A stretch of 64,000 nucleotides of DNA, from NCBI GenBank assembly GCA_963712865.1, contig CAVQJO010000013.1, positions 190,603-254,602 on the forward strand. Direction: 5' to 3'. Of the stretch, positions 62,676-64,000 are shown piece after piece. The notes beneath the pieces are model-generated. The model had not been told where the DNA came from, did not search any database, and saw only the letters and a program-made list of their open reading frames with translations. A program made the translations under genes and the position numbers. Within the stretch, counting starts at the first letter, position 1, and each line of letters opens with the position of its first letter. The DNA is from an uncultured Gaiellaceae bacterium. Lineage in GTDB: Bacteria; Actinomycetota; Thermoleophilia; Gaiellales; Gaiellaceae.

Positions 62676-64000
62676 GTGTGCGGGATCATCGGCTACGTCG
62701 GACCGAGACAGTGCAAGTCGCTTCTCCTCCAGGGCCTCGAGCGGCTGGAGTACCGCGGCTACGACTCGGCGGGAATCGCGCTCCGTGAGGCCGACGGGCT
62801 CGCGTACATGCGGGCGGTCGGCAACCTCCAGAACCTGAAGGACGCCGCCGGGCCGAACAGCTCCCGCTCCTCGCACGGGCTCGGGCACACGCGCTGGGCG
62901 ACGCACGGCGCCGTCACCGAGGCCAACGCACATCCGCTCGCCGGCTGCGACGCGGCGAAGCTGTCCATCGTCCTGAACGGGATCGTCGAGAACTACCGCG
63001 AGCTGCGCGAGCGCCTGCTCGAGGCCGGCCACACCTTCACGTCCGAGACCGACGCCGAGACCGTCTGCCATCTGATCGAGGACGAGTACGACGGCGACCT
63101 GACCGAGGCCGTGCGGCGGACCGTGGCGCATCTCGAGGGCCATTTCACCTTCGTGGCGATCCACTTCGACCACCCGGACATCCTCGTGGGCACCCGCAAC
63201 CAGACGCCGATGGTCGTCGGCATCGGCGACGGCGAGATGTTCCTCGCGTCGAACGCCGCCGCCTTCCTTCGCGAGACCAAGCTCGTGCAGTTCCCCGACG
63301 ACCACGACATCGTCACGGTGACCCCCGCGGGCGCGACGTTCCTGCGCCCGGACGGCGCTCGCGGTCGAGCACGAGCAGCGTCGAGCTCGACTGGGACGAC
63401 GAGGGCGCCGAGAAGGGCGGCTACGAGACGTTCATGCTGAAGGAGATCTACGAGCAGCCCGAGGCCGTCGCCGAGACGATCGGCGACCGCGTGCGCCACG
63501 GCAGGCTCGTGCTCGAGGGGCTCGGGCTCGACGAGCAGGAGGTTCGCGACCTCCGCCGCATCGTCATCCTCTCGGCGGGCACCTCGTACCACGCCGCCGT
63601 CGTCGGGCGCTACGTGATCGAGGAGTGGGCCCGGATCCCCGTGGAGCCGGACATCGCGTCGGAGTGGATCTACCGGAACCCGGTGCTCGACGACGACACG
63701 CTCGTGATCGGCATCTCGCAGTCCGGCGAGACGCGGGACACGATCCAGGGCATGCGCCTCGCGCGGGAGAAGGGCGCGCGCACGGTCGCGATCACGAACA
63801 TGATGGGCTCGCAGATCACGCGCGAGGTCGACACGGTGCTCTACACGCGCGGCGGGCTCGAGGTCGGCGTCGCCGCGTCGAAGACGTTCACGGCGCAGGT
63901 GGCGCTCCTCTATCTCGTCGCGCTCAAGTTCGCGGAGGTGCGCGGGACGCTGCCGCCGAAGGAGCGCGAGTTCATCCTCGACCAGGTCTACGAGCTGCCG
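62676..64000 (+). CDS. glmS: Glutamine--fructose-6-phosphate aminotransferase, 3'-truncated by the window edge, two apparent frameshifts
   Basis: AAAGGAG RBS, then GTG-TGC: (M)CGIIGYVG (N-terminal nucleophile Cys), RLEYRGYDSAG, HTRWATHG, EKGGYETFMLKEIYEQP, GISQSGETRDT. Extra bases near 63353 and 63378. Confidence 0.9.

Overview
Very GC-rich (about 70% or more by eye) chromosomal segment. Its gene content and local synteny are typical of high-GC Gram-positive Actinomycetota: murI-rph-rdgB, pyrE-hup, pyrF, guaB-guaA, rplM-rpsI-glmM-glmS, xseA-xseB. I call about 75 protein genes plus a few regulatory and repeat elements. I found no rRNA, tRNA, CRISPR array, transposase or integrase. All product calls rest on motif recognition from memory, not on searches.

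The main technical observation is that from about nt 7,300 onward most genes are split over two or three reading frames by single-base indels, roughly 100 junctions by my manual count. Essential genes are affected (guaB, guaA, murI, glmM, glmS, pyrF, rph). I therefore stitched ORF-track fragments into whole genes and give approximate junction positions. Uncorrected assembly indels are the most parsimonious explanation. The first 7.3 kb has none.

The most interesting biology:
- A compact Pel/galactosaminogalactan-like exopolysaccharide locus (nt 3-6866) whose PelF-like glycosyltransferase is fused to a large membrane domain, next to a GAF/HD-GYP protein.
- A 65-nt hairpin element present twice around an MFS gene, with compensatory substitutions.
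- A perfect SOS (LexA) box in a leaderless promoter of a DnaQ-exonuclease/GIY-YIG gene.
- A six-gene MoxR-DUF58-VWA operon.
- A cation-diffusion-facilitator transporter with three tandem C-terminal domains.
- A vapBC module.
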